DNA of 64,000 nt from Glaucostegus cemiculus (Eukaryota), in NCBI GenBank assembly GCA_976551045.1, contig CDPCPM010000005.1, positions 186,001 through 250,000 of the forward strand, in the 5' to 3' direction. A program made the translations under genes and the position numbers. Shown in pieces: positions 40,281 through 52,820 of this stretch. The notes beneath the pieces are model-generated. The model was given only the letters and a program-made list of their open reading frames with translations. It had not been told where the DNA came from and searched no databases. How positions within the stretch are numbered: the stretch's first letter is position 1; every line of letters starts with the position of its first letter.

Positions 40281-41305
40281 AATCAAAATGACTTTCTTAA
40301 ATATAGTTTAAATGACAGAACGTTGAGGTGCAGCATATTGGTTTCTATCAATTGACTTGCACTTGTTAGCTATGCACAAAGGCATCTTAATGCAACTGGT
40401 CTACTATACATACCTCAATTCATGTCAGAAAAGCCAACTAAACGACATTAAGAGATTGGCATGTAAAGAATAGAATGGGGATCGTGTGAGAGTAATATGA
40501 TCACATTCATCAGTTTAGCCGACAGTACAGCTGAAAGTAGCAAACACTGCTGCAAATGATTGCAGTTTAAGGACATGCACCATCTTAATGTAAAGTGCCA
40601 CTATCTCAAAGCTGTTCTGTTTTCCTGAAGAAAATTAGAAACACAGTAATCCAACAGCTCAGTGGCAGATTGCCCTGGGCTCCAGAAGATGGGCAGGGAG
40701 AGGAAATTAAACATCAAGGATGTTCATAGTGAGAATTGGAAGTTACTCTCTGGGAATTACAGCAGTGTTGTATATACATTAACAATGCATGCAGCTCTGC
40801 TTCACCAACTTGCCAGAACATGCATTTAATTACAAAACATAGAAGCTACAAGAGAAAAGAATTGTACAATTATGCTATTTCTAGGTGGACTTCCTGGATT
40901 GAGTTCTGCTTTCACAAAGCACTCTCCTTTACGTGAGAGCAAATATTAACTAATGGAGGACAAAATAAAGACACAATTTCACAAATTTAATTGGCATATC
41001 CCTTCAAGTGGTTTTAGTTGTTCTAAATTGCAAGATTATAGTAACTTAAGGCCTGTTTTTAACTATACTTCCAGCACACTACCACTTATCCCATTCTATC
41101 TTCCCTCAAATATGGTTGGGTGGAGGGACTGGGGTTTTGTTATTTCCCTCATATTGTTCCTATTTCCAACCTGACCACCTCCACCTACCTATCTTCACTT
41201 AGTTTGAGTTCAAGCAATCCACCTCAAGTAACCTACTTGGGGTGGTCTTCTCCTGAGTGGCATACCAAATACTAATGTGACATCCACCTATGTAGCAAGT
41301 CGCAT

Positions 41306-41451
41306 AAAAACAGAACACTGGAAGAATTTAGCGGGTCATTCAGCATCTGTGGAGTTCCGGGTCCTGTATCTGGCGTTGAAGATGCTGATTGACTGGTTGA
41401 GTTCTTCCAGCTTTCTGTTTTTGTTCTAATCCCAGCATCTGAAGTCTCTTT
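41306..41451. mobile_element. Penelope-derived foldback with degenerate 15-bp TSD
   Basis: aaaaacaga..ctggaagaatt..cagcatct and agatgctg..gttcttccagctttctgttttt, flanked by TGTAGCAAGTCGCAT and TGGAGCATGTCACAT. Confidence 0.65.
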
Positions 41452-42774
41452 TGGAGCATGTCACATGCTAGCAGCATGAGGGAACTGATTTTATTGATAT
41501 CATAAATGACCTTGTAGACAAGAGGACCAGAAATGTTCTCCCTCCCCAAAGAGAATACTGTGGACCTTCCAACCTTCCCCCTACCCTGTCCCATTTACTT
41601 GGCAATTTTTAATTCAATTTAGATACTTCAGAGGACATTATAAAATAAGAATTAAAAAGGAATTATTGTATCATTTTGTTTGCAATTTGCCTGCAGCAGT
41701 CCTTTTGGTTTAAAAATTGACCCTCATTCACTCTTGAATGTCTGGTACATCACAAAATTCATCCCAACAAATTTCAATTTTCATTTTTTGGGATGCAGTG
41801 TGATGATTTGAGTTAAAGTTCCCTTTTGAAGCAGCTTTGTTTTCCCTTAATCTTTTTACCCTTTAAGAAGCCAAGTTGTGGATGCAAAGAACTAAGAGAC
41901 CAACATACTTTTTAATTTGGTTATTTTAACCAAGCTCCCTATTTGTGTCTCCTGTGACTAATAGTCAAATATACTTGTTCTACCACTTGAACAAATGTGA
42001 ACTGGTGCTTTATAAATGGTGAAGTTGACCTCTGAAGGTTTGTACCTTAGTTTGCCTCAAAATGCTTGAGGCACTTAGGAAGAGGACAAGTCTGTTTGGC
42101 TTACAGCTTTTGATCTTCAGTGATGATGATTGTACTTTATTCTCTTGTTCCTTCATTTTGCATACTATCAGCGTGACTCACAAATAATGGCAAAGCTTAA
42201 AAGTTTCTCAGCATTGTCAGGTCAAGCTGTGGTTACCATAGCTACAGCTTAGATCCGTGGGTCAGAGGGCAAGTGGATTAATGATGTCAGACACATCTTT
42301 GAACCTTTTTAACACCGTTTTATTGTGCATTGAGCAGCTGAGCACATTAGATTTGACAAAAGGTTTTTGATTGTTGCAAATAGGCAGATCTTTGGAGCCG
42401 TCTTTTTGATTGAAGCCTTGCACTGTCACAGCGGAATGCATAAAGGGGGAGTTAGGAATGCATGTGTGGTGGTCATCAGCCACACCTTGTTAGATTCGAT
42501 GTGGCAGAAGCAAATTGTGAGCAAAGGGAGAGAAAAGCCAATGTCACGAGAATCTGTCTCTTGCCCCTTCATTTCTCTGATCATCTCCTTTTGATCATTG
42601 GGTCTTAGTATTGAGACATTGGAAGCTTCAGTGAATGCATGTAAAATGAAAGAAAATATTTTTATACCAGACAAACAATTTTTTTAGATTATAAATTGCC
42701 CTCCTTGAAAAATAATAGACAAGTCTGAAACAATTTCTTTTGGCTATTGCGCATTGCTAATAAGATTTGCTAAA

Positions 42775-43570
42775 AAAAATTACTAGCCATTTGGGCCCTC
42801 AGGCCTTCTCTACCATTCAACAAGGACATGTCAATAAGATTCTGTATTCCTTCATATCGTTGGTAATATTTTTATCCCTTATCAAGAATCTGCCTCGGTC
42901 CTAAAAAATTCATAGATACTAGTGTCATCACCCCTTGAGGAACAGAGCTCCAAAAATTCATGACCGGGGTGAAAGTAATTTAAATTTCTTGTTGGTACGG
43001 ACGTAATACCAACATTGCTGAGTTAACCCATTTGTACTGTTTGTATCAGTTACAGTTTTTACCAGTACACAGTACTGGCTTAATTACACCTGTTTATGGC
43101 CCTCTGAGAGAAAAAAAACATTTATTCCATCTTGATCTTAAATGGGCAACCCCTTACTTATAAACAATGACAACTAATTCTGGATTTTCCCTCATGTGAC
43201 AACCTGCCCTTTCCAAATACTTGTTTAAAAAGTCTTCTCTGAACTGTTTACAACTGATCAACATTCTTCCTTGAATAAGGCTGAAATTGCACTCTGGATG
43301 TGATCTCACTAATGCCCTAGATAACTGAAGCATACATAATCTGCATAGCTTTGTATTCGATTACCTTAGCTTTCCTTGGTAAGATTCTGTTAGCTTTCCA
43401 AATTACTTGCTGCTTAGTACTGTTAACAAATCATGAGATGGTAGAAGAAGGTTTTTCACAATCTCAGCATTTAGATAATATGTTTCTTTTCTATTTACAT
43501 TTTCCCATATTATTTCTTCATGTCCTCCTCACAACTTTTCCTACTGATCCTTGAGTCATGTGCAGATATA
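42775..43570 (-). mobile_element. Decayed CR1 LINE 3' remnant
   Basis: ccattcaacaag, ccctctgagagaaaa, ttaaatgggcaacccctta, tagctttcc..attacttgctg; same family as 49590-53450. Confidence 0.6.
42965..43092. mobile_element. hAT-type MITE inserted in CR1
   Basis: Termini cggggtgaaagtaa ... ttaattacacctg with 8-bp flanks TTCATGAC and TTTATGGC (2 mismatches). The CR1 sequence rejoins across it. Confidence 0.55.
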
Positions 43571-45755
43571 GCAATATTATCTTTACTCCATTATTTAATT
43601 TAATTTAACTTATTTTCCCTGCACAACCTTTTGTATTAAACCTAAGTTGACTTTAATTGATCATTGAACCTTGGATTTCTTGATTTAACTGTCTTTATTT
43701 ATCATCTATTTTCAATTAAAATGTTCAACTATTCCCAAATATTTAGACTATTATGGAATGATGAAGAACAATCTTGGCCCGAGCAGTCCTGAAATGTATA
43801 CTCAGCAATAGCAGTTTTGCTTTCTTCACATTGCAGTTCCCATATAATGTACATGTAAAAGTAGAACCTTCTGTCTGTTGAGCTTAAATGAATAAAATTG
43901 CTCATCCTCACCGAATTAGATTTAAAATATAAAATCAACAGAATTCTGCTAGCCAAGGGTAATAACTGATGTGAGAACATGATGGGTGGAGCTTTGATAA
44001 TCAACCATGATTTCAGTCACAGATAGAAAAGGCTTGACGATGTATTGGTCTTTTAATTCTCTGTGTGTACATTTCCAGAAGTGGTTGATCATGTAAAGTC
44101 TGACATGCCATGACAGGGGTCATAAACCTTCAGTAGGATAATTGGTCAGGTATTGGCATTACATGTAAAGACATCTGTGCATTTTCTGTTGGAAAGAGGA
44201 GACCCCCGATAAGACCTTTTTGTCACTGGGGTTTGCTACATTCCTGTGAAGTTGTGGGGGCTTGTTTTAGCTGAAGGGAGGGAGAAGATCAGTTGTTATT
44301 TGCCTGCCCTGCCTCCTACCAAAGCTCTTTGTCCACCTATGATGTCCCATTATTTGAGGTGGATCCTGACTGCAAGCTTCTCCAAATTGAATGTAGGAAG
44401 TTGGAGCACAACAAAACTCCTACCACTTTAAAGGTCAGCCATCGACCACGTTGATGGATGAGCTGGGAACATACCATCCTGTATGACCACATGCTTCAAG
44501 CCTTCATGCCTACCTCAGGAAGGTAAATTGGACTTAAACCGTCAAAAAATTTTAAGCAAGCCAAAATGCTCGCGCTCTTATTTGATCTCTATTGAAATGT
44601 TTTCCTTCATATCTTCGTCAGTGTAGAGGGTAATGGGCTAAAAACGTAAATCAGTAAATCTAAATGTTGCTCACTCTCTGCCTCACTTTTGCTTGCTCTC
44701 TCTTGCTCCTACTCCCTCTCCCATGTGTGTGCAAACATTTTAATACAAGGTTTAGCAGTTCTGCTACTTTGCACACTGCTCAGTTATTTCACCTTATCTA
44801 ATCATGCAACATAATAACAATAAATGATACGTAAAACTCTTTCATAAATAATTCAAATTTCCACCACTTGCATTTTATTGATTTTCAATATTTAGTTTTA
44901 AAGATAAGAAATGTGTGGAAAAATTAGATTGTTTAGTTCACAACTTTTTATAGCACTGTCATGACTTGCTGAGGTGAATGGTCAATTTCTAAGCTGTGGA
45001 TTTTATATAGTAAAATACAGGGATCTGGAGATTAACAGTTCTTTTATTCGTGGTACTGCTGGCACAAAAGCATAATCACATGCTTTCAACTTTCTCTACA
45101 TCGGACTCTCAATGGACTAAAATGAAATGTATTTGAGAATAGTTAAAATGCAGATAATTAGATTAATACTGCAGTATAAAGCTGCAAAGGCATGTAAAAG
45201 ACAGCTTACTAGCGTTTTTGTCAGTCCTCATTTAAATGGGAGGGCAATCTCCTGATCTAAACTGAAGCCATGAATGCCAGCATATTGAATGCTATAAGTC
45301 TAGTCTTCACATTTCCCTTGGGAAGAGAATGATGCCTGGAGCCATATCCTTCCAATAAGGAGTTTTTCATTCAATTATTAAGACAAATGTTCATAGAACT
45401 CTTTTGTGTAAAAATCCTTTAGAATCAAACAAAACTGAAGTCTTTTGCATTTCTTGAAAATCAACTTTGATTCCTTTGATATGATATATTAATTATATGA
45501 TGCAGGGATGGAGGAATTCTAATTATTGCCAATTAGGAGTTTGAGTGGTTAATTGTTAAATTTATACTGAATTGTGGAACATTTGTAGTCCATTAGGATG
45601 AGCAATTTTTTTGATTTTGATAACTTTTCATTTTTAAAAATTTAAGAGGCTGCCTTTTACCCTTGCTAAAGCCGTACCACCAACAATTCTTGAATTATCT
45701 TGGAGGGCAATGGTAATCTTAGAACATATTCTTTCTCCCACTGCCCAATAACCCA

Positions 45756-46045
45756 GTCATGGTCGTGTAGCAGTTAGCGTAGTGCTATTACAGTGCCAGC
45801 AACCTGGGTTCATTTCCGGCTGCTGTCTGTAAGGTGTTTGTATGTTCTCCCAGTGGGTTTCCTCCAGGTGCTCTGGTTTCCTCCCACATTCCAAAGACGT
45901 ATGAGTTAGGAAGTTGTGGGCATTCCACATTGGTGCCTGAAGTCTGGCGACACTTGTGGGCTATCCCCAGAACACCCTATGCAAAAAAGATGCATTTCAC
46001 TGTGTGTTTCGATGTACATGTGACTAATAAGGGTATCTGATCTTA
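45756..46045 (+). mobile_element. tRNA-derived V-SINE with Rex1-type tail
   Basis: A/B-box-like head (tagcagttagcg, gggttcatttcc), V-domain ggtttcctcccacattccaaagac, tail tttcactgtgtgtttcgatgtacatgtgactaataa. Confidence 0.85.
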
Positions 46046-47415
46046 ATTTGTCTTCCTTGTACCTTATACCTTTATTGCCAAAATTACAGTCCATGGATAC
46101 TTTTGTTACCAAAGTGAAGGTCTGTTTAGCTATATCCATTGCTTCTTGCATTTCTGCAATCAAAAGGTTGCTTGGTCTTTCAAAAAAGATTGCCCACTTT
46201 CACCTCTGTGGCACCCTAACTCATATGATCATGGCTGCAGCTCATTTGCCTTGAGTATGGACTTGCTAATCTGATGTTTTCCTCATCAAACTGCTGCCTA
46301 AACTATCAATAAGGCACAGTTCATCAAAGGGCCACAAGCTTTCAGCAGTAATACTCCTGAACTTGGTCCCTCTTTGTTCCTGAATTGCATTGCTTCTGGT
46401 ACCCCAGATTTATCCCTATGTTTGAACTTCTTGTTGGCTGTGCCCTTTCCTCTCTCTGTGGCTTCTCCTACAGTGGTAAAATCCTGTGCTCCCTCTTAGG
46501 CATTCTATTGCTTTGTGAAACCTGCTTGTCACATTTTGGCAGTGTGCATCCTCCTTTCCTCACTTTTCCTTATCGTTTAGGGCTCGTACTTCCATTTGTC
46601 TTCAGTGATATCGAATAGAACGTGATATGTATTTTCTCATTTTCTTTAGGATTTTAATTTTCCATAAATCTATGCTTTGCTACTAGCTCTGAACGCAATC
46701 TCTCTGGGCACATTGTTTGAAGCAGAGGGCTACCCAAGCTGAAATATTGTTGATCAAACACTGTCGTGAAATTTTTTTAAAAAGATGTTTGGTCATCGGT
46801 GATTGACTGAACAAGACATGGAAGCAATTGAGTCATCCAGCATGGATAAGTAGAAGTGAAAGCTAATGGCTTTCTGTGGCAGGGAAGTAAAACTGACCCT
46901 GGACTTAAAACCCCCTCATTATCGATGCATCTTGGCAGAGGTCAAACCTTTCAGTGTAATTTGCTCCAGGCTACTTGAGTGAGACAAGCTACCAAATTTT
47001 GAAAATTGGAATTCTGGTTGCCTGGTTTGGTTTATCTTGTGGAGATCCTCCTCTGATGCTGAATGACATTCTCCAGTGTTCTCAGAGCTTACTTTTTTTT
47101 TAAGAAAATGAATTTCTAGTCTCATGACTTCTGTACAATCATTTATGCTGATACTGTTTGTAAATTAATGCAGAATTAAAATAATAGCAATGGAAATCTT
47201 CTTAGGGTAATTGAGAATTACTCCAGTTTTTGCTGGAGGTGAAGAGCCCACTTGTTTGGGCTAAAATCAAGTAGCCCGACTTTATCCTTTGGAAACACTG
47301 TGCATCTTAAACAAGTCGTCAGTTTGATTACAGAAACAGAGAATGAGGTGAGTTTATGCCCTTCATTGTTTGATATTCTCTCACAAGGAGTGAGTACTTA
47401 GTCAGTGACTGATGG

Positions 47416-47697
47416 TAAGATAAGATAAGATTTCTTTATTAGTCAAATGCACATCGAAACACACAGTGAAATGCAATGTTCTGGGGGCAGCCCACAAGTG
47501 TCACTACACTTCCAGTGCCAACATGGCACTCCCACAACTTCCTAACTGGTACATCTTTGGAATGCAGGAGGAAACCAGAGCACCTGGAGGAAACCCACAC
47601 AGTCATGAGGAGAACGAACAAACTCCTTACAGACAGCAGCTGGAATTGAACCCGGGTCACTTGCGCTGTAATAACGTTATGCTAACCTTTACACTGC
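47416..47697 (-). mobile_element. V-SINE, same family as 45756-46045, inverted orientation
   Basis: Reverse complement of the same head, body and tail, with a (TCTTA)n terminal microsatellite. Confidence 0.85.
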
Positions 47698-49795
47698 AGG
47701 GTAATCGGTTCTTACAAAAGTTGTTGCCCCCTCATGAACTTGCACAGGGGAGAAAATTATTCAAAACCTTGACTATGCAAATACTGAATCCCTTTTTAAT
47801 TTTGACTTTCTATATGTCTTTACCAGTGATTTGGTACTGCTGTTTTATATTCTTCACATAAGTGAAATGGATGAATTTAACAGCAAAACTTTTCCCTTGG
47901 TTAAATTAATTTCTTTTGAGGTTTTTGAACTGCAACTTATAAGAGACAAACATTTCTACCATAAGAAACAAATACTCTCAGTTTGCACCAGTTTAGATTT
48001 TCATAAAACAACAGCTTGCATTTAAATAGTACTTTTAATGTGGTAAAGTGTCAATAGCTACTGATCAGGAGCAATTATCAGACAAAAGTTGGCACAAAGT
48101 CAAAGAACAAAACAGTTAGCCCGGGAGATAGTTTATAGGAATTGCCTCAAGAGGGAGAGAAGTAGAAAGGCAAGGTGAAATTGGGAGATGACTCCAGCAC
48201 TTTTAGAGTACAGCTAGCCTCAGGTATGCCTTAATTTAACATTATTGTACTAAATTAATGTGTGCATTAATTTTGGGTTAGCCAGTTTGGTCCTACAACT
48301 TTGAACACCTTTGAATGTCACAGCTTATGGTTTTGTTTAACCCCTAATATTTTTTCTGCTTTTGTTAACATATGAAAGACATTTTATTGGTCATTTTTAT
48401 AATGGGCTTGCTTTTTCTATAATTACCTGACTGAGGAATGAAAAAAATGACATCTTAACCTTTACCTTTCTATGTAAACATCCATATTTGATAGCTCAAC
48501 AGAGTTTGACAAGGGCCTTAAAATAAATTCATAGCCTAATCTATGCAATATTTTAATAATTACTTATTGATCATAGGGTTAAATAGAATAACCATCTTTA
48601 TCAGTTTACACACATCTTGATTAAACTTTATTCTTTCTTTCTCCATTTATTTAGAAAAGCATTGATTCTTACTTGGGTCGAGTATCTTATGCCCTTGCCC
48701 AAGTAGGGAGTTTTTGAGTGTCATTCTTGGCAATAAGTTTCAACAAAATAATTTCTCACAAGTGAAATTAATGGAATATTTTAAGTCATGGATGTTACGG
48801 ATTATGGGAATTGGGTTAAGATATAGCCCAGCCCTGACCTACTTGAAAGGTATAACAAGCTCGAGGAGGTGACTAGTTTCTTTCATTCCTACAAAAGCAT
48901 AAGTTGAACATGTACTCAAAAGATCACAAATTGTATCAGGTATATGCTGGAATTGTCTTTTAACTACTTTGTTTGGACATTGTAAGATAACTTGTCTAAC
49001 AGTTAACATCAATGTGAACTTGCCTAATTGAACTTCAAGTCTGCAATGCTAATTTGGAGCTCTAACATTCTTCTCAACCCTACTCATCTGATTTCCTTCA
49101 TTAAGAAGTTTATATTTATTAGCTTAAGCTTAGATGAGTTGAAAGAGGGTATGTTATTAATAAGTGAAATCGTGATGCAGTTGGCATTAAATATGTTTTC
49201 AATGCAAAATGGAAAAGTCTTGTATTAATTATGGTATAGACCAGGAGTGGGTGTTTTGGTACCGTCAAGGTCAGCTTTTAAACGTTCATTATGATTAACA
49301 GGAAGCCTCACATCCATTGTTGCAACTAGATACGGCTTGATATTTCATATATTGATGTGTGAAAGGAATCCTTGTGTTGGATAAGGGCAGTTTACTGCCT
49401 TGAAGTTCTTGAGATGCAGGCAATTAGCCATTATGCAGTAATTGCTTTTGGTAATATTAATTAAAATGGGACACATTATAATTCTTCATAATATTACATT
49501 GTAACTTATCTCTTAGTGTCCTTAATGATGGTCTGTTTCAGATTGCATCTCTGGTTTTGATCTGTTCGTTGCTGGAAAGCCTTAAATACAAACATAGGAA
49601 TTAAGATCAGGAGCATGAGCAAGAATAGGCTACTCAGCCCCTCAAGCATTATCCAGCTATTTATGGTTGATCTCTTTGTAACCTTAACTCTGCATTCCTG
49701 CCTACCCCTGTATCCTTAGCCTCCTTGCTTATCAGCAATCTATCATTTCCTTAAAAGTATTCAAAGACTGACTCTTTTCCCACTTCTTGAGAAGT

Positions 49796-50033
49796 GGTGG
49801 GACAGTAACATAGTGGTTAGCGCGACGCTATTACAACGCCAGCGATTGGGGTTCAACTCCTGTCGCTGTCTGTAAGGAGTTTGTATGTTCTCCTGTGTCT
49901 GTGTGGGTTTCCTCCGGTTTCCTCCCACATTTCAAAGATGTACGGGTAGGTTAATTTGGGTTTAAAATGGGCGGCGTCGACTCGTTGGGCCGGAAGGGCC
50001 TGTTACCACGCTGTAAATAAAATTTTTTAAAAA
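49796..50033 (+). mobile_element. Young V-SINE with CR1-type tail
   Basis: CpG-rich head tagtggttagcgcgacgc...ggggttcaactcc, V-domain and tail ttgggccggaagggcctgttaccacgctgtaaataaaa. Confidence 0.85.
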
Positions 50034-50775
50034 CTAAAGTTCCAAGGACACAAAACCCTTAGGACAAAAAAAAGCAACAGATTTCACATCATATAGGACA
50101 GTGATAATAATTCTGATTCTGAAAAAATACTCACTTCATCTGAAGTGGATGTTCCCATATTTTAAAACTTTGATCCTCAAGACTCCTCAGGATCTAATAA
50201 ACTTTATTCAAGTTACATCTCACTCTAATAAACTCTATCAGACACAAGCCCAGCCTGTCCAACCTTCTCTCATGAGACAACCTGCCCATTCCAGATATTA
50301 GTCAAGCTTCCAGTGCATTAACATTCTTCAGTAAGCAAGGGGACACAGAATTCCAGACATGGGCTTACCAAAGCCCCACAGTCTTCTGACTTTTTAAAAT
50401 TAATTCCCCTCAGCAACAAACAGTAACATTGGATTAGCCTACCTAATTACTTATACCTACATACAACAAATAATTACTTATTCCTGCATTCCTGTCTTTT
50501 GCAAATCAAACATTAGGACACCCAGATCCTGCTGCATCTCAGAGCTCTGAAGTCTCACGACTGAGATAATATACATTTTTATTTTGCCCAACAAAATGGA
50601 TAATTTCACTTTTTCCCACATTATACTTCATTTGCCAGATCATTGATTATTCCCTTAACCTATCTACATCCATTTGCAGCCTTCTTACATGCTCTTCACA
50701 ACTTCATTTCCTATTAATCTTTATGTCAGTAGCAAATTTAGCGACAATACCTTCGGTGCTTTCATCCAGTTAATT

Positions 50776-51131
50776 AAAATTCTAATCTAACATCTGCTCA
50801 GAAATCCTGATAGTCCGGCACCTGGCTCATTCATTAGTCAGGAATGTGAGCTGGGGGTCCAGTGTGCAAGTGGGGTGTGCAGCCAAAGCTTCAGCTGAGG
50901 TTAGCAATGTGTATAGGTTTACGGCTGGAGCCAGCATCTGGATTGCTTATACATTTCCTGTGCTCCCTTTAAACTCACTGGGTTCACTGGAAATATTATT
51001 GGGCTCTTATAGTAACATAATAAAAAAAGTGACATAAAAATGGGTTCAGGTATTAGTATGAGCACCATCCAGTATTCTAGAAAATCTGTCTGTTGAAATC
51101 TCAAGAAAGTAAGATTATTAGTATTTTACTG
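50776..51131. mobile_element. Tigger-like MITE related to 32001-32295
   Basis: Shares gaaatcc.gat.gtc.ggca.ctg, ggttcactggaaa and agaaaatctg, and ends ttttactg+ta. Confidence 0.6.
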
Positions 51132-51540
51132 TATATAAATTGCAAAGTGTCGAGGCCCTAGCACTGATCCCTGTGGTACTCCACTCAAGTGCCAACCAGT
51201 AAAAGACCTATTTATGCCAAATGTTTGTTTCCTGTTAGCCATCCAATCGTCTATCCACAGCAATTTGTTACCTCATACACCATGAGCTTTATTTTCTGCA
51301 GTGAGCATTGAAGTGACTTATCATGATTTCCCTTTCACAAAGCCATGTTGGCTTTGACTGATTATCTTATTTTTTTTCTTCAGTGTCCTTTGATAATATA
51401 TTCAATAATAGCTTCTAAAGTTTTCCCTTTGACAGATGTTAAGCTAATTAGCCTGTTTTTTGCCTCCTTTTTCTGCTATTTAATCAAATCTTCCTTAATT
51501 TAGAGAATTTTAGAAAATTAAAAACATTGCATCAACTCTT

Positions 51541-51839
51541 CCAGCACACAAAATGCTGGGGGAAATCAGCATGTCAGGCAGCATCTATGGAGGGAAATAA
51601 ATAGTCGCTTCGGGTCGAGACCCTTCATCAGGACTGGAAAGGAAGAAGACAAAAGCCAGAATAAGAAGGATCCTATTCCTATTCTGGTTTCTACACTCTT
51701 CCTTTCTAGTCCTGATGAAGGGTCTTGACCCAAAACATTGATTGTTTATTTCCTTCCAGAGATGCTGCCTGACCTGCTGAGTTCCTCCAGCATTTTGTGT
51801 GTGTTGCTCCAGATTCCAGCATCTGCAGAATCTCTTCTG
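51541..51839. mobile_element. Penelope-derived foldback with two hammerhead-ribozyme remnants and 12-bp TSD
   Basis: Inverted arms of about 120 bp (51545-51664 and 51680-51801), each carrying CTGATGA-aGGGTCt.GACCC-(G/A)AA. TSD GCATCAACTCTT (51529-51540) and GCATCAACTATT (51840-51851). Confidence 0.85.
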
Positions 51840-52229
51840 GCATCAACTATTTCACCAGCCGTTTGAAAGACACTGTAAAGATGTTCAAAAGACCTGGGAC
51901 TTGTCAACCTACAACTTTAACAATTTGCTTAGTACTTCTTCCCTGGTGATTTGTAATTTTCTGAGCTGCTTAATTCCTTCCAAATCTCAATTCAGAGCTA
52001 TTTCTAGGATGTTGCTTGTATCCTCTTTCTAGAAAACTAATGCAATGTAGCTATTTAATTCAACTGTCATCTCATAATCTTCCATTATTAATTCCCCAGA
52101 TTCACTTTCCATAGGACCGATGCTCCCTTTCTTAACGTTAATGTTTGTAAATTTGTATAGACACTTTTGCATTTGACATTTTTATGTAATTTGGTTCTTG
52201 CATTCCTAATTTTTTCATCTTTATTCATT

Positions 52230-52820
52230 GTAGAGTCATAGAGCGCTACAGCACAGAAATGGGCCTTACGGCCCATCTAGTCCATGCCGGTCTGGTTTTC
52301 TGCTTAGTCCCATGTACTGCACCCAGACCACAGCCCTTCATTCCTCTCTCATCCATGCATCTCTCCAAACTTCTTCTAAATGTTACAATTGAACCCGCAT
52401 CCACCACTTCCATAGGCAGCTCATTCCACACTCGCAGCACCCTCTGAGCGAAGAAGTTCCCCCTCAGATTCCTCTTAAATATTTCACCTTTCACCCTAAA
52501 CCTATGTCCTCTAGTTTCAGTTTCACTTAACCTGAGGGGAAAACGCCTGCCTGCATTCACCCTGTCTATACCCCTCACAATTTTGTATACTTCTATAAGA
52601 TCTTCCCTCATTCTCCTGCACTCCCAGGGAATAAAGTCCTAAGCTATTCAACCTATTCTCTGTAACTCAGGTTCTCAAGTCCGGACAACATCTGTGTAAA
52701 TTTTCTCTGCACTCTTTCAAGTTTGCTATCTTTCCTGTAGGTACTTGACCAGAACTGCACACAATACTCTTACTTTGGCTTCACCAATGTCTTTTCAACT
52801 TCAATGTAACATCTCAACTT
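52230..52820 (-). mobile_element. Younger 5'-truncated CR1 LINE
   Basis: ORF REDLIEVYKIVRGIDRV...TRGHRFRV...FFAQRVLRVWNELP and a (ctatgact)-type tail. Confidence 0.9.

Noticed and set aside
49796-49870. tRNA-like A/B boxes (also near 31185 and 45760)
   Set aside because: These are SINE heads followed by a V-domain and LINE tail, not tRNA genes.
51545-51801. Long hairpin as a possible miRNA gene
   Set aside because: Explained by a TSD-flanked transposon foldback; there is no evidence of precise miRNA processing from sequence alone.
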